Shown here: one piece after another, positions 23,457 to 35,210 of the stretch
Layout: each line of letters opens with the position of its first letter
Numbering within the stretch: position 1 is the stretch's first letter
Assembly: GCA_001599295.1 (NCBI GenBank)
Contig: BCGN01000006.1
Coordinates: forward strand, 868,001-932,000
DNA: 64,000 nucleotides
From: Sporopachydermia quercuum
Taxonomy: Eukaryota
Direction of reading: 5' to 3'
Made by a program: the position numbers and the translations under genes
Notes under the pieces: generated by a model
Told to the model about the DNA's origin: nothing
Databases searched by the model: none
What the model saw: only the letters and a program-made list of their open reading frames with translations

Positions 23457-25826
23457 ATGTCATATCAGCCAAGGTTATCAATGGCACCTTGTAAGTCAGG
23501 AGAGCCAAGATCTCGACAGTCATTACATCCACGAAATCTCAAACGAAATGAGTCTTNAAATCCAAGACGAACCTCTTTATATCCTGTCAAAAGTACAGGA
23601 CTCGGCTCTAGTGGATTAGGAAATCAGGAGGATATAGTACAGCAGTTAGAGGATGAACTGGATCATATAGAACAGCAAATAACACTGACATTACAGGATA
23701 TTGATAGAAATTTCGCTAAAGCGCATCAGACTGTTACTGAATCGATTTTCCCTGTTGTCAAAAGGTACGCTCAGGAGTCAAAGAAAGTAGGGCAAGGGGT
23801 ATCATTCTGGAAGACATTTATGGAGAACAGCGCGGGCATACAACTATCATCGTATGAAGAAAATTTAGGTCAATTCGAGAATCTGCTTACAAATGTTGAT
23901 GTCAATGAGCTTATTAAAGGACTATCAGAAGAAGAAATTGAATCATTAAGGAATGAAGTCCAACCAACGGGGTATTCTGATGACAGTGGGAGACCAATTT
24001 ATGTTAACGCCTTGAATGAGTATTTCTATTTAGATTCTTCCACTGGTACACCTTTATTATACGCAATTGAGCTTGTTAATGATGAAGAAGATAATGAAGA
24101 TGCAAATGTTCCGGAAAACAAAAGAAGTAATAATGGCAGTAATCATTACAATAATCATAATAATAATAACAATGAGAATACTGTTAATGATAATGATAAT
24201 GGAAACGAAGAAAACACTACTATCAAACCAGAAAGCCAACAAGTACCTATTCATGAGGTATCTTCACTTGTTTTAAATCAAGATATGTCAAGTCTTCAAA
24301 TAAATGAAGATCAACTTCCAGGACCTTTGAATAATGCAGAATTTAATGCTATGGTATCAGACACCAGGACGGATGATATAACTAGACGTGGTTCAATAGG
24401 AGTGAATTCAAATACCGGAAACAAGCGTGACGATGGTATTAGCAAGAACAATCATAAGAGTTCTGTTACTCCAAAGTCTCTGTCCACAAGCAATAAACGA
24501 AAATCGATGTTCCCTCAATACTACGACGATTCAAATGATGATTTACAGCCACCCACTTTATCACATCTCAGCCATTTAGAAGAAACGACTGATAACCAAA
24601 CGAATATCGAGTCCTTTGGTAATAGAAACCTTAGAATGTTTTCATCTACTAATAGAGATAAAGAATTAGCTGCTAACAATACTTCAATAGCCATATCTAC
24701 ACCCTTGAAGTCACCATCAGCAATGAGATCTGTTAAATCTATTTTTATGCATCAAATGGGAGATAAAACTTTGAATCTGGTAGCAACCCCTAAGAAACAA
24801 CCAGCTTTGTCAAACAAATTTCTAACTTCTTCTCCTAGAAGGCTTCCTAAATACGGAGACTTGATGAAAACTCCAAAGAACTATAGAGATAACATGAGGC
24901 AGACGATATTCCAGAAATATGACTCTTCACCTACTGAAATGTTATCACCACCTAAATTGAGTGTAGATCTTGATAGTCAAACCGATAAAGTCTTCGGTAG
25001 AAGAACTCAAGGTATTGTTGACACCGATACCGATATTATTACTAATAGTAATACTGATACTAATATTAAGTATGCTAATGATTATACTACACCTCAAGCT
25101 CAAAAGCTCGGAAATCCTCATATTGACGAAGATATAGATATGTCAATGGATTCTATATCAAAATCTAATACACCATATGGAAGACTTGGTGTAGAAGACT
25201 CAGAAAGCATTGAAATGCCTAAAGGAATGTCACCACCAGTGACATTGAATTTCCCTTTATCCCAGAGGAAACTTCTAAGGACACCTGCAAGACAAACTGC
25301 ACGTTTAATGACTGAGGATTTGTTGCAAACTATAGGTACTGGTGATAAATACAATTCACTAGACGAAATACACACTGACCCCAGTAAAAATGTTGATATT
25401 GGTCATGAATATGCGATTGGTACTCCTAGTGGTACTAGCACAGGAACTGGTAATGAATCGTCGGGATTCATTGTATCAGTGAAACGATCTCAAGAAGTTT
25501 CCGGAGCTACTGACGGGTATGTTAAGAATATTGTGAGGGCTATCGATGATCCATTTCAGAATGGCAATAGCAATACCCTTAACAAAAGTGGCAACAGAAG
25601 TAGCAACAGCAATAACAATAGCAGTAATGATAACAAAATTTCAGTAGCAACTAAGGGTCCAACATCAATATTTGATCAAGATGGTGATAGTGAAATGTAT
25701 TGTAGCCCTATTGCTAAAATTGGACAAGTGAATCAAATGCCTGAATCTAGTAGACTTGAGTTTAGTATTGATTCCAGTACCGTAAAGGTAGGTGATGATG
25801 ATATTCCTTGGAGTGATGATGATTGA
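23457..25826 (+). CDS. ASK1: DASH/Dam1 kinetochore complex subunit Ask1
   Basis: ELDHIEQQITLTLQDIDRNFAKAHQTVTESIFPVVKRY...FWKTFMENSA at the N-terminus and GMSPPVTLNF...LLRTPARQTAR near the C-terminus. Confidence 0.9.
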   Translation: MSYQPRLSMAPCKSGEPRSRQSLHPRNLKRNESXNPRRTSLYPVKSTGLGSSGLGNQEDIVQQLEDELDHIEQQITLTLQDIDRNFAKAHQTVTESIFPVVKRYAQESKKVGQGVSFWKTFMENSAGIQLSSYEENLGQFENLLTNVDVNELIKGLSEEEIESLRNEVQPTGYSDDSGRPIYVNALNEYFYLDSSTGTPLLYAIELVNDEEDNEDANVPENKRSNNGSNHYNNHNNNNNENTVNDNDNGNEENTTIKPESQQVPIHEVSSLVLNQDMSSLQINEDQLPGPLNNAEFNAMVSDTRTDDITRRGSIGVNSNTGNKRDDGISKNNHKSSVTPKSLSTSNKRKSMFPQYYDDSNDDLQPPTLSHLSHLEETTDNQTNIESFGNRNLRMFSSTNRDKELAANNTSIAISTPLKSPSAMRSVKSIFMHQMGDKTLNLVATPKKQPALSNKFLTSSPRRLPKYGDLMKTPKNYRDNMRQTIFQKYDSSPTEMLSPPKLSVDLDSQTDKVFGRRTQGIVDTDTDIITNSNTDTNIKYANDYTTPQAQKLGNPHIDEDIDMSMDSISKSNTPYGRLGVEDSESIEMPKGMSPPVTLNFPLSQRKLLRTPARQTARLMTEDLLQTIGTGDKYNSLDEIHTDPSKNVDIGHEYAIGTPSGTSTGTGNESSGFIVSVKRSQEVSGATDGYVKNIVRAIDDPFQNGNSNTLNKSGNRSSNSNNNSSNDNKISVATKGPTSIFDQDGDSEMYCSPIAKIGQVNQMPESSRLEFSIDSSTVKVGDDDIPWSDDD

Positions 25827-25869
25827 GTGGTCTTGATATAAGTGAACTGATACGAAGAGTGTGTACTAT

Positions 25870-25897
25870 TAGAGAGAGAGNGTGTGTGTGTGTGTGT
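25870..25897. repeat. Compound (AG)n/(TG)n microsatellite downstream of ASK1
   Basis: agagagagag n gtgtgtgtgtgtgtgt read directly. Confidence 0.85.
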
Positions 25898-26329
25898 CTA
25901 TGTATGTAATATAATTAATAGTCGTTAATGGATAAATTATTGTACGAGTATACATATGTTGTGATGTGTATGCATAGCTGAAATAATGAAGTGAACCACC
26001 ATTTGATATGAGTGTGGATGATAGATAGTGTGTGTCATGTCATGTTAAAGGAATAAATAATAAATTCCCAATAATCTTTCCCTTGTAATAAACAAGACCG
26101 ATTAAACAGAAATTCCTGGATCATCTACAAGTGAGTTGAACAAGACATTACCGTCATTTCAAACTTTCACAATAAATATACTAATAATAAATTATTGATG
26201 TTTTAAATATTAACAAGTCTAAGCAGCTTATAAGCCTTATATTTACATATGATGATTCTAGTGTACAATAATGAAAAGAAGAGAACAAACAAATAGAATA
26301 GAAGAAGTTGGACCAAAAGACCTCATGGT

Positions 26330-28219
26330 CTAATTTCCATATTGTGCATATTTATATTCCCAATCCAATAGCTGTTTTGTAAGGTTTGCCATCATATCAA
26401 CACTATTATTGTAATTTTCAAACAAAGAATCATAAGTAGGTCCTATCCCGTTGATATTGGATGAAGAGGCTGATATTTTATCCATCATTTCCTTTTTCTC
26501 TAGTCTTTCTTGGGACATTTCTGATTGGGTTCTACCTATAAATTCAAGGATAGCAGAAACTCTCTTATGCATTTCAGAAATGGTAGATTTGCTTTGAGGA
26601 ATTCGAGGCTTACATGGTTTATCAACAGAAGGAATAGAGGAACTGCTACCATTGCCTCCATTTGGTTTACTAGAACTTGCACGATTGCCAGTTTCATTGC
26701 CAGTAATTGGTTTCGAACGTTTCATTCGTTTCACTCTACCATTATTAGTATTTCTACCACGGGATTTCGATGACGACAAGACTTCGGAATTTGAGCCCGT
26801 GTCATTTTCATTCTCAGTGGTAGTAGCAGAGGTGTAACCATACCTCCTATTAGCTCTCATCAATTGGTTGTTTGTCGGTTCAGCTTCTGATTGGCTAGGA
26901 GTATTGTTTCTCGATCGTGTGCCCATGATACTACGGTTACTTCTTTTAGTGGTCTCCTGAGTTTCTGTTTCGTTCACATTGGGTTTAGATGCATTGGTAA
27001 CATCCGAGCGCGATGATGATGAGGTTGATGGTTCATCAACTTCCTTATCTGACCTGGAATTATCAGCTTGATCTGTAGATATTGATTCAACTTCATGTTC
27101 ATCTTCAGGTTCTTGTGTAGAAGCTGTTCGCTTTCTACTGCTTTTCTTTCCTTCTTGTTTGACTTGCTGTGCAGGGTTACGTTTTCGAGATCCGCCCGAA
27201 GAATACTCATCAACTCCCGACTCGTTTTCAGAAGCAGTAGTAGTAGCACCAGCTCTTCGACTTCTTGGACTTCTCCGTATATTGGATTCAATGTCTGTAT
27301 TGATTTCATTTTTCATTTGTTCAACAATCGCATTCACCGCTTCTGATTTGATGCTAGTCAAATCGTTCTGTTTTGAAGTTGATCTAGTTAAAAGCGTTGT
27401 ATGTGTTTCTTCAGCATCAGAATTCTGTTGAGAGTTTGCAGCAGCTGCAGCTGCTGCTTCCATTTCTGATTCTTTGATAGCTCGTTCTAACATTTCTTCA
27501 TATGTATCACCTCTGGAATTGAGTGTTGAACGCTTCCTTCCATTGACATCTTTTTTTGAATGCTTATCCAAAAGTTCTTCTTTCTTTGATCCGGACTTGT
27601 TCCTAGGTCTTGATCTGCTTGATGGTGAATCAGATACTCTTCCTCTGGTTTTACTTCTAGTAGCAGCAGCTAAGCCGGAATCATCATTCTCTTGCTCTGT
27701 TTCAGCTTCAGTCTCTTCAACTGCCTTATCACTTTCATTACGTTCTTCTATCACAGGAATATACTGTGAGGTTTTTCCACTCGGCCTTACTACTATGGTA
27801 TGTAAATCAGGTCTACATCTTTCGCACCAGTATAGCTCAGGTACGTCTGTTGTTATACCAACACAATAACCATGCTGCCAAGCTTGGCATTTGTCGCATT
27901 GAATAAACAATCCAGCATCCACATCTTTCATGGATGGGGTTACTTGTAGTTCTTGATGACCGCAGATACATCTGGTTATCTCTTCCTTTGCTTCACCATC
28001 ATCTTGGTTTGCCGATTGGATAGAGAAATCACCATCGTCACCTTGAGCTTTAGTATCGACATCAGGCTCTTCAGCTTCTTCCTCTTCTTGTTCTTCTACC
28101 AAAGTAGGAATCTTCGTACTTGCAGTACTATTCGCAGATGCAGAATCTTTAGATTCATCTTCTGAAGACCCTGAAGCCGATTTGCTTCTTCTGGAAGAAC
28201 TTCTTCGACTACTTGCCAT
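26330..28219 (-). CDS. CTI6: PHD-finger Rpd3L component Cti6
   Basis: PHD finger TRCICG...FIQCDKCQAWQHGYCVG...YWCERC, RSTLNSR...YEEMLERAIKES, and C-terminal EMHKRVSAILEFIGRTQ...LTKQLLDWE. Confidence 0.9.
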   Translation of the reverse strand: MASSRRSSSRRSKSASGSSEDESKDSASANSTASTKIPTLVEEQEEEEAEEPDVDTKAQGDDGDFSIQSANQDDGEAKEEITRCICGHQELQVTPSMKDVDAGLFIQCDKCQAWQHGYCVGITTDVPELYWCERCRPDLHTIVVRPSGKTSQYIPVIEERNESDKAVEETEAETEQENDDSGLAAATRSKTRGRVSDSPSSRSRPRNKSGSKKEELLDKHSKKDVNGRKRSTLNSRGDTYEEMLERAIKESEMEAAAAAAANSQQNSDAEETHTTLLTRSTSKQNDLTSIKSEAVNAIVEQMKNEINTDIESNIRRSPRSRRAGATTTASENESGVDEYSSGGSRKRNPAQQVKQEGKKSSRKRTASTQEPEDEHEVESISTDQADNSRSDKEVDEPSTSSSSRSDVTNASKPNVNETETQETTKRSNRSIMGTRSRNNTPSQSEAEPTNNQLMRANRRYGYTSATTTENENDTGSNSEVLSSSKSRGRNTNNGRVKRMKRSKPITGNETGNRASSSKPNGGNGSSSSIPSVDKPCKPRIPQSKSTISEMHKRVSAILEFIGRTQSEMSQERLEKKEMMDKISASSSNINGIGPTYDSLFENYNNSVDMMANLTKQLLDWEYKYAQYGN

Positions 28220-29218
28220 ACTATTATAATGATTCTTTGCAGATCCGATGAGATAGAACCAATTTCCAATACCTTTCCAAGTAGAAAACAGCTAACTTCA
28301 CTAGAAGATACTTCAAAATGTAAGCAATGATAAGAACTATATATGATATATCGATATATGTAATCGCAATCAGAGCAAAACAACCTATGAATAAGCAGCT
28401 TGTGTGAAATAAACAGGTCTGTAAAGTGTTATAGATAACTTCTGGTATCATAGAACATACCCTTATGATAACTATGACTTCAATAATAACCCTATGTAGA
28501 TAATCAAATCAAAGAAAACGAATGATGAACTATGTCTTACAGTAAAGAGAAAGACGGCAAGGGAAAATTGAAGTAATTGGGTGGTATTGCTGGTGGAACA
28601 GAGTTGAATTCCTGTGTTCTAAAAGGGTTTTTAATTTGTTTCTTTTTGTTATCTAACCACAATGAGATCATTTAGGTTAACGGGACAATTTGGACAATCA
28701 CCGGACATTTATTCTAAAGCGGAAAATATTGTATTAGGAAGAAAAGTTATAATTCCATAATTTGGTTGAGGAGACTCTAACGAGCTCTTCACTGCAATAT
28801 TGCATTCCATTGCATAAGTATTGCATGTTGGAAGAGTCAGTTGAACATGATGGTACAATAAAAGGAACTTTGTGCTTATTGATTTATTAGCAGATCAAGA
28901 ATAGAAATCTATCCATATGCCATGTTTAGCTGGTTCTTCTATAATTTGCATTATTTATTATTATCTTTTATTAGTATTATTCATCAGTATTACTCATTAG
29001 TATTATTTATTCTAATTCTATGCCGTCATATTACTTATTAATCCTCAATCGTTCTTGATCTATTCCCATTTCGTTTCATTGATCTCCACCATTAATTCAA
29101 CTGAAAGCCTCTCCGTTAATCGAATATCGATTTCATCGCAATAAACCTATTTCGTTTCATCATTGTTTTCTCTTTTTATTGTTTTCCTTAACTTCCTTTT
29201 CCTTTCTTTCTTTCTTCT

Positions 29219-31096
29219 TTAACTTGTGTATTTTGACCTTTCTCTCAAAAATTTGCCATACTTAAACACCATAACGAATAAAACTAAAGATAGAAGAATC
29301 GAGATTCCGCCTAGTAATGAGCAACCAACATCAACTCCGAGTTTCTCAAACATTGAATGACCAAACAATGGGAATGCTAAACCCATTGAAGCCCTCACTA
29401 CTGAATTAGTTGAATAAACAGAGGCAGTATATTTAGGGTAGATCAATGGCAAATAGACGAAGAAGCATTGAAATAAAATCAATAAACATCCTGCGTAAGC
29501 ACCCATAGCAATAACTGGAACAATCCATGAAATGTGTGGTTTCGCCGTCCATCCGAAAACAAATAATGATGCTGAAAGAATAATACTGAATACAATTGCT
29601 GGCTTAAGACGATATTCAGGTGAAAATGGAATGTTGTTTCTTATCTTTGGCTTCAATGCTTTGAATAGAAAGATTAGATAAAAACCTGTACATACATAAC
29701 AACCAACAGTTGTTGATAAGTATGTCATACCTTGTTGAGATAATGAGAAATTATAAGCATCTTCGAAAGCAATTGGTACTGCTTCGAACCATAGATAAAA
29801 TAAACCATACACAAGGCCAAGATATAAGTTAGAGAATAACAAAATAGGTTCAAAGAATAAAATGATTGGTCTCAAAATTGAATTAGAACCCGCAAGTTTC
29901 TTATATTTATTACCATCATCGCTGACATCATTAACTTCATCTTTCATTTCAGCGTTAATAAATTCTTCTGCAAGTACAGTTTCTGAACAACTTGTAATTG
30001 CAGTTATATCAATGTGGTCTTCTAGAACATAGATGTTATCGCGGTCTAATAGAACCTTCAATCTATCAACTCTTCTTTTAAGAATGTTTGGATGGTACGT
30101 TTCATTACCAAGAATAAGAAAAGCAATGAAGGCAAAACCCATAGAAATAAGAACTTGTCTCATTGTCCATCTCCAAGAAGAATATTGAGCAGCGAATCCA
30201 CCCACTAAAGGTCCAATAGCAGGACCGATAACTGTAACTAAATCCCATGACAATAATGCGTATGTCATATATTCATCATTGAACATCTCAATAACTGATG
30301 ATGCAGTAATTGTAATTGATGTTGCAAGAAAACCAGTGAAAAATCTCATCACCATAAGAGTAGGATAATTAGGCGCCCAAGTTGCAAACCCTTGACAAAC
30401 CAAAAACAAGAAATGAGTAAGAACATACATTGCATTTCTACCATATCTGGGATTCTCGCTAATTGGAGCTATAATCATTGGACCTATTCCGTAGCCCAAA
30501 ACGTATAAACTCAGACCAAGGATTGCTTGAGTGAACGAAACTCCAAATTCTTCCTGAACTCCTGTAACTGCTGGTGTATACCAAGATGCCGCAGCGTATG
30601 CAACAATGGTCAACGAGTCAAGTGCAAACATATTCAGAAGCTTCTTGGTTTTTGTCCAGTTCAAAGGATAATCTGGATCATCGTCGCCATACCACGTAAT
30701 GTACAGATTTTTCTTTTCGTCTAGCATAAGCTGAATGTCTTGAATAACTGATTGCTTATCTGGCAATTCAATTGTCTCACGAAATGACTTGATATTTTCT
30801 TCTTTTTCTTTTTCTAGAATACCGATATCACCTCCTTTCTGTTTAGATCTTATTTCTTTTTCATTTGACTTAGCGATTGATTTGCTCGTTGAATTTTCGT
30901 CACGTTCAATGTCGACATTCTTCTCAATTGCTTCTCCATTTGTATTGATAAAGACATATGATTTATAAAGCATTTCAACCAGGTCAAAATCTTCTTTCTC
31001 CTCTGCCCATTGGAACATTTTACCTTTAGAGGTCCAGTAAATGAAAGATCCTAAAGGAGTGTCTTTGAGGACATCACCAGCAGTATTATGAGTCAT
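29219..31096 (-). CDS. MFS drug:H+ antiporter, DHA1 family (Flr1/Mdr1-like)
   Basis: ITWYGDDDPDYPLNW, LSLYVLGYGIGPMIIAPISE..YGR, GPAIGPLVGGF, WRW, YLWFEAVPIAF and PEYRL, with about 12 hydrophobic segments. Confidence 0.9.
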   Translation of the reverse strand: MTHNTAGDVLKDTPLGSFIYWTSKGKMFQWAEEKEDFDLVEMLYKSYVFINTNGEAIEKNVDIERDENSTSKSIAKSNEKEIRSKQKGGDIGILEKEKEENIKSFRETIELPDKQSVIQDIQLMLDEKKNLYITWYGDDDPDYPLNWTKTKKLLNMFALDSLTIVAYAAASWYTPAVTGVQEEFGVSFTQAILGLSLYVLGYGIGPMIIAPISENPRYGRNAMYVLTHFLFLVCQGFATWAPNYPTLMVMRFFTGFLATSITITASSVIEMFNDEYMTYALLSWDLVTVIGPAIGPLVGGFAAQYSSWRWTMRQVLISMGFAFIAFLILGNETYHPNILKRRVDRLKVLLDRDNIYVLEDHIDITAITSCSETVLAEEFINAEMKDEVNDVSDDGNKYKKLAGSNSILRPIILFFEPILLFSNLYLGLVYGLFYLWFEAVPIAFEDAYNFSLSQQGMTYLSTTVGCYVCTGFYLIFLFKALKPKIRNNIPFSPEYRLKPAIVFSIILSASLFVFGWTAKPHISWIVPVIAMGAYAGCLLILFQCFFVYLPLIYPKYTASVYSTNSVVRASMGLAFPLFGHSMFEKLGVDVGCSLLGGISILLSLVLFVMVFKYGKFLRERSKYTS

Positions 31097-31655
31097 TTTG
31101 TTAGGATTTGGGGTTTGCTTTCTTATCTTGGCTCTCTATCTACTAACGCAGTTTAAAAACACTTATCGACGACATAAATGATATAAGTCTATGATAAGTA
31201 AGCAACTTTTCAGCTACTGTTCAGCTTCAATTCAACTAGTCAATCAGTAGGTCTATCCCAATTCAAAGTAATGAACTATTGGTACCGAATGATAAATAAT
31301 AGTCCCCTTCATCTCTTGATACGAGTAAATAATTTTTAAACAGCAAAAGGTATCCATTTTATGTCAGCTCTTTTTCTTAAACAAAAAAAGAAAAATATTA
31401 ATATTTAAAGTTATTACTCTGATTTTCTCTCTACTACTCTGTTTCCTACGAAGAAGTTAAGTTAAGAGCTGAGTTTAGAGTTTATTTTTAAGTTTATTCC
31501 AAAACTTTATTCGTTTAACTTGCCTTATGCAATGGAAAAGAGGAGAATATATCCCGAGCATCAGTCTCCATATTATTTAGTGCTAGTAATAAAAAATGAA
31601 CTATATGATGAGTGGTATATAATATATTCTATTAAAAGCTCAAACGTGGTTAGTA

Positions 31656-31669
31656 TGAGTAATGAGTCA
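31656..31669. promoter_or_regulatory. Adjacent AP-1-type sites (TGAGTAA Yap1-like, TGAGTCA Gcn4/AP-1) upstream of the DHA1 gene
   Basis: TGAGTAA at 31656-31662 is immediately followed by TGAGTCA at 31663-31669, about 560 bp upstream of the ATG. Confidence 0.45.
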
Positions 31670-34600
31670 CGGTTGGTGTCGGTTACTGGTAGAAAGTCTA
31701 GAGCTGAAGCCCATGAGAACCAGAAGGGTTCAATGGGGAATATAGTTGCCTAATAAAGAAAAAGAAAAAAAATCCAAGGCCTCAGATGGGCAATTTCTAG
31801 GAAAGAAAACAAGTCATAAAAAAGAATGGAATAAGAAGCAAAATGGAGAAAAGTGAAACCAAAAACAACGACAGTAGAGGTGTCTGACAATTGGGATGTT
31901 ATAATATAAGAAGGACTTTGAAGTATTTGCCATGTTCATTAGTTCTCATTTACTGAGTTTTCAATTCATCGTACCCCTTTGTGATAAGGGTCGTCAAAAA
32001 TATATCATCTAACTTCTATGTTTCCAAGATTGGAAAGTGTCGATTACGACCCCAATTACCTTCAAGTCGTCATCATTCAAAGGGTTGTTTGTATGTTTCC
32101 TCTCTCCCCCTAACCTGCCCTGCCAATTGAGTAGTTTGACTGTGGCTAGGTCTTACTTGCTGCAGTATATTTTGAGAGAGGGATGAGGAATATACTGCTG
32201 TAAATGGAAATTCAATCCTTTATACATTGAACTCTATGTAAGTATTTTGAACTTGCGGTAAGTTTCTCAGGAATTTTCGTGCAGGTATCGCTTAAACTAT
32301 AACGTTAAATACTACAACATTCATTGACTTAATAATCAAATTCTATTAGGAGATTTGGAAACTAGAAAGAAAGAAAAAAATGTTGAATCGCAAGAGTAAA
32401 TCCAATTCTTTTGAATGGATGGTTAAAGCACTTCTATAAGCCCAAATGTACAAGTGCATTTGCTGAGGATGAAGTAATTCTGTTTCCCTATGTATTTTGG
32501 TTATTGAGTTGGATTATTGTTTAGCTTGAATTATATAAGGTTGAAACTTCAATTTCAATTTGTGACAAGACCATAGGAAATATGATGAGGACATCAGAAT
32601 AAAAGTAAAGTTTTAACTGAAGTGACGCACACTTGCAACGACTTCCTTCTTCCTATTTTCTCCATGTGCTCTCTCATAAAAACCGTTTAAATTGTAAATC
32701 AAACTGTAGCTTTTTAGTTGGCGTTAATTTTAAGTTTACTTACCCTATATGGTAATTGCGGTTAAAGATGTTTTTTATTTTCCATTTTGGGAGCGAATCC
32801 TGTCGGCAATTACCACTAGTGAAATAAGAATTTTTGACTGGGAAACGATGAGATGAGATGAGTCAAGCTAGATATTTATCGTCAGAGACTTGCATTATAG
32901 CAATTTTGTTCTCCTGGAACAAAAGTCGAATACATTAAGTACAGATCAGGTGATAGTATGGCTTTGACAATTGAAATTTGAGGCGGCAATTTGAGATTGA
33001 AAACTGTGAATGATGGCGACAGCATTTGTTTGATCTTTGAAGATCTTTCAGTGAAGATCTTCAGTGTTGGACCGATTCATATTGAACCAATTCATATAAT
33101 TACCATGTTTCAATAATCTGACCGACAGAGCATTTAAATTATTTTAAAGCGCTGAATNGAATCAAGGCAGTCATGATCTGATCTCCATATATATGCTCAA
33201 AAGACCGGTTTTCAAATCCAACTATACGTGTTCCGTCTTAACAATTTTCTGATCCCTATTCAACATCAGAGATTTGAGATTCGATTTAGGAATATATGAT
33301 TGAAGAATGAGAGTTCAACTTATTCTCGTACTCGGGTTTCAATATCTAAAGAATATTGTTGTAGACCATTGAGTGGAATTGGAACTATGATGAAGCTTTT
33401 CGAACTTGGAAGGTCTGGGATCATCAAAGCCCAAACTTTTGTTCGATATGATTGCGATTCACAGCGTTCTGATAATACATCTTCTATAAACAACTTTGGA
33501 AGAAATTACTAGTACTATATAATATGGCTCCAAAATAATAAAATGGGTACAATTTTCACCACTCAATAATACAATTAAATATGGATGACTCTTAGCTCTC
33601 TTTCTCACGCTCTCTCTAATTGAAACCATCCATGAGCCTCCTGGTCTCCAGACAGGACTGATTCTTCTCTTGAGAAAGCAATACATACTAGATCTACACT
33701 CGATTCTGATTCACTCTTTCAAATATTTCAATTTGCTTCATAGATCATTAAAGCATTTAAAGTTTACAAATTTCTCCCTAAAGTTCAACACTATTTGTAA
33801 AGTTGCAACATCTTGAAAAATCTTCTCCCTCAGCTTTTTACCGAAAATTATTTAAAACCGTTCTAACTTACAGGGCTAGAAGATCCTGATTAGGAGATAT
33901 TTGGTGAACTTTCTTCAATAAGCCGCNCTAATTCAAACCTCNTACCGGAGAATAACTCCCACTCACTTCGTGTAGACAGTTTTTACTTAGCTCGCAAGTA
34001 TATTTTACACATCTGTTGTAAACAGTTAGATAACGCTTTATTAATTACGTTCATATATATTGTTGTATCTATTATATTATAAATTTCTTCCGTTCATATT
34101 ATCATATTTTATGTTTCAAGCTCCAAGACAACTCGAAGTCTCTTCCTGATCATTTAGCCTATGTTTTTCTATGAAGAGGACACTGATGGGTTATGAAAGA
34201 TTACGTTGTTTCCTGTCAGTAAATGAGAACTACTCTATGCTAATGGAGAACATATAATATATATCAGTATACTATGTTGAATATGCTTAGATTATTGGAT
34301 TAATACTCCATAAATTTTATTATCATTTAAGTGTTGCTGCCTCTGATATTGTTGATGACATTTTCATACGCATATGCAAGCCGTTCCTAACTTGAACATG
34401 ATTTGGAATGATATCAAACTAATGAGCTCTTCATCAACCGTATCTCCTTCTATTTGAATATATAGACGATCTAGAATGAGCTGTTAACAAGCTATTATTG
34501 AAATCGATTATTGAAAAACTTTAGTTCTGATTGTTCTTCTGATGGAGATCAAATCGCTATTACTCTCTTCTCATATGGTAAGAAGATATGCTTCATAGTT

Positions 34601-34907
34601 TAGGAGTTATATGTTGTAATATGAGGGATCAGCAAAGAACACTTAATAGAAGGAAGAAAAATGAAGAAGCGGATGATAAGTATTATTTTCATCTCATTTC
34701 GACAGTTATTTAGAGAGTAGGCACATTATCTACTTGCTAAATGGCTGATCAATCCATTAACTTTCAGATCGAGTTGCTCATCAAAGCAGTTCGATATAGC
34801 AGGGTTCATTTTGGCCAGTGAACCATCTAAAAATTATTTAATGGAAAAGCTCGCTGAAGTCATAACCTGAGTCAAGGCACATTGCCATTGATGTCTATAT
34901 ATAGCAA

Positions 34908-34971
34908 GAGACTATCCCATCATATTTTCTTTAACATTATGGGATAGTCTCATAGTGTTAAAGTAAATATG
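34908..34971. repeat. Two interlocked inverted repeats
   Basis: 34908-34920 is the exact reverse complement of 34939-34951. 34921-34941 pairs with 34951-34971 at 19/21 positions. Confidence 0.85.
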
Positions 34972-35210
34972 GTACAGATTAAGAAGGAAGAGAAACGACT
35001 ACAACTCATTATCAAAAACAAGAGACAGAAAACTACAACATATGAAAATAATTAAGAGGAAAGGTATAAGAATACGTATTATATATTATATGGATGAGAT
35101 GGACAAAATTTATATACATATAGTACCAAGTAAAATTAGCAAGTCAAAGTGAAGAAAGATTGTTGTAGCTTTGAGGATTTGAATGCATCAGTATCAGTCA
35201 TTCAACCTTT

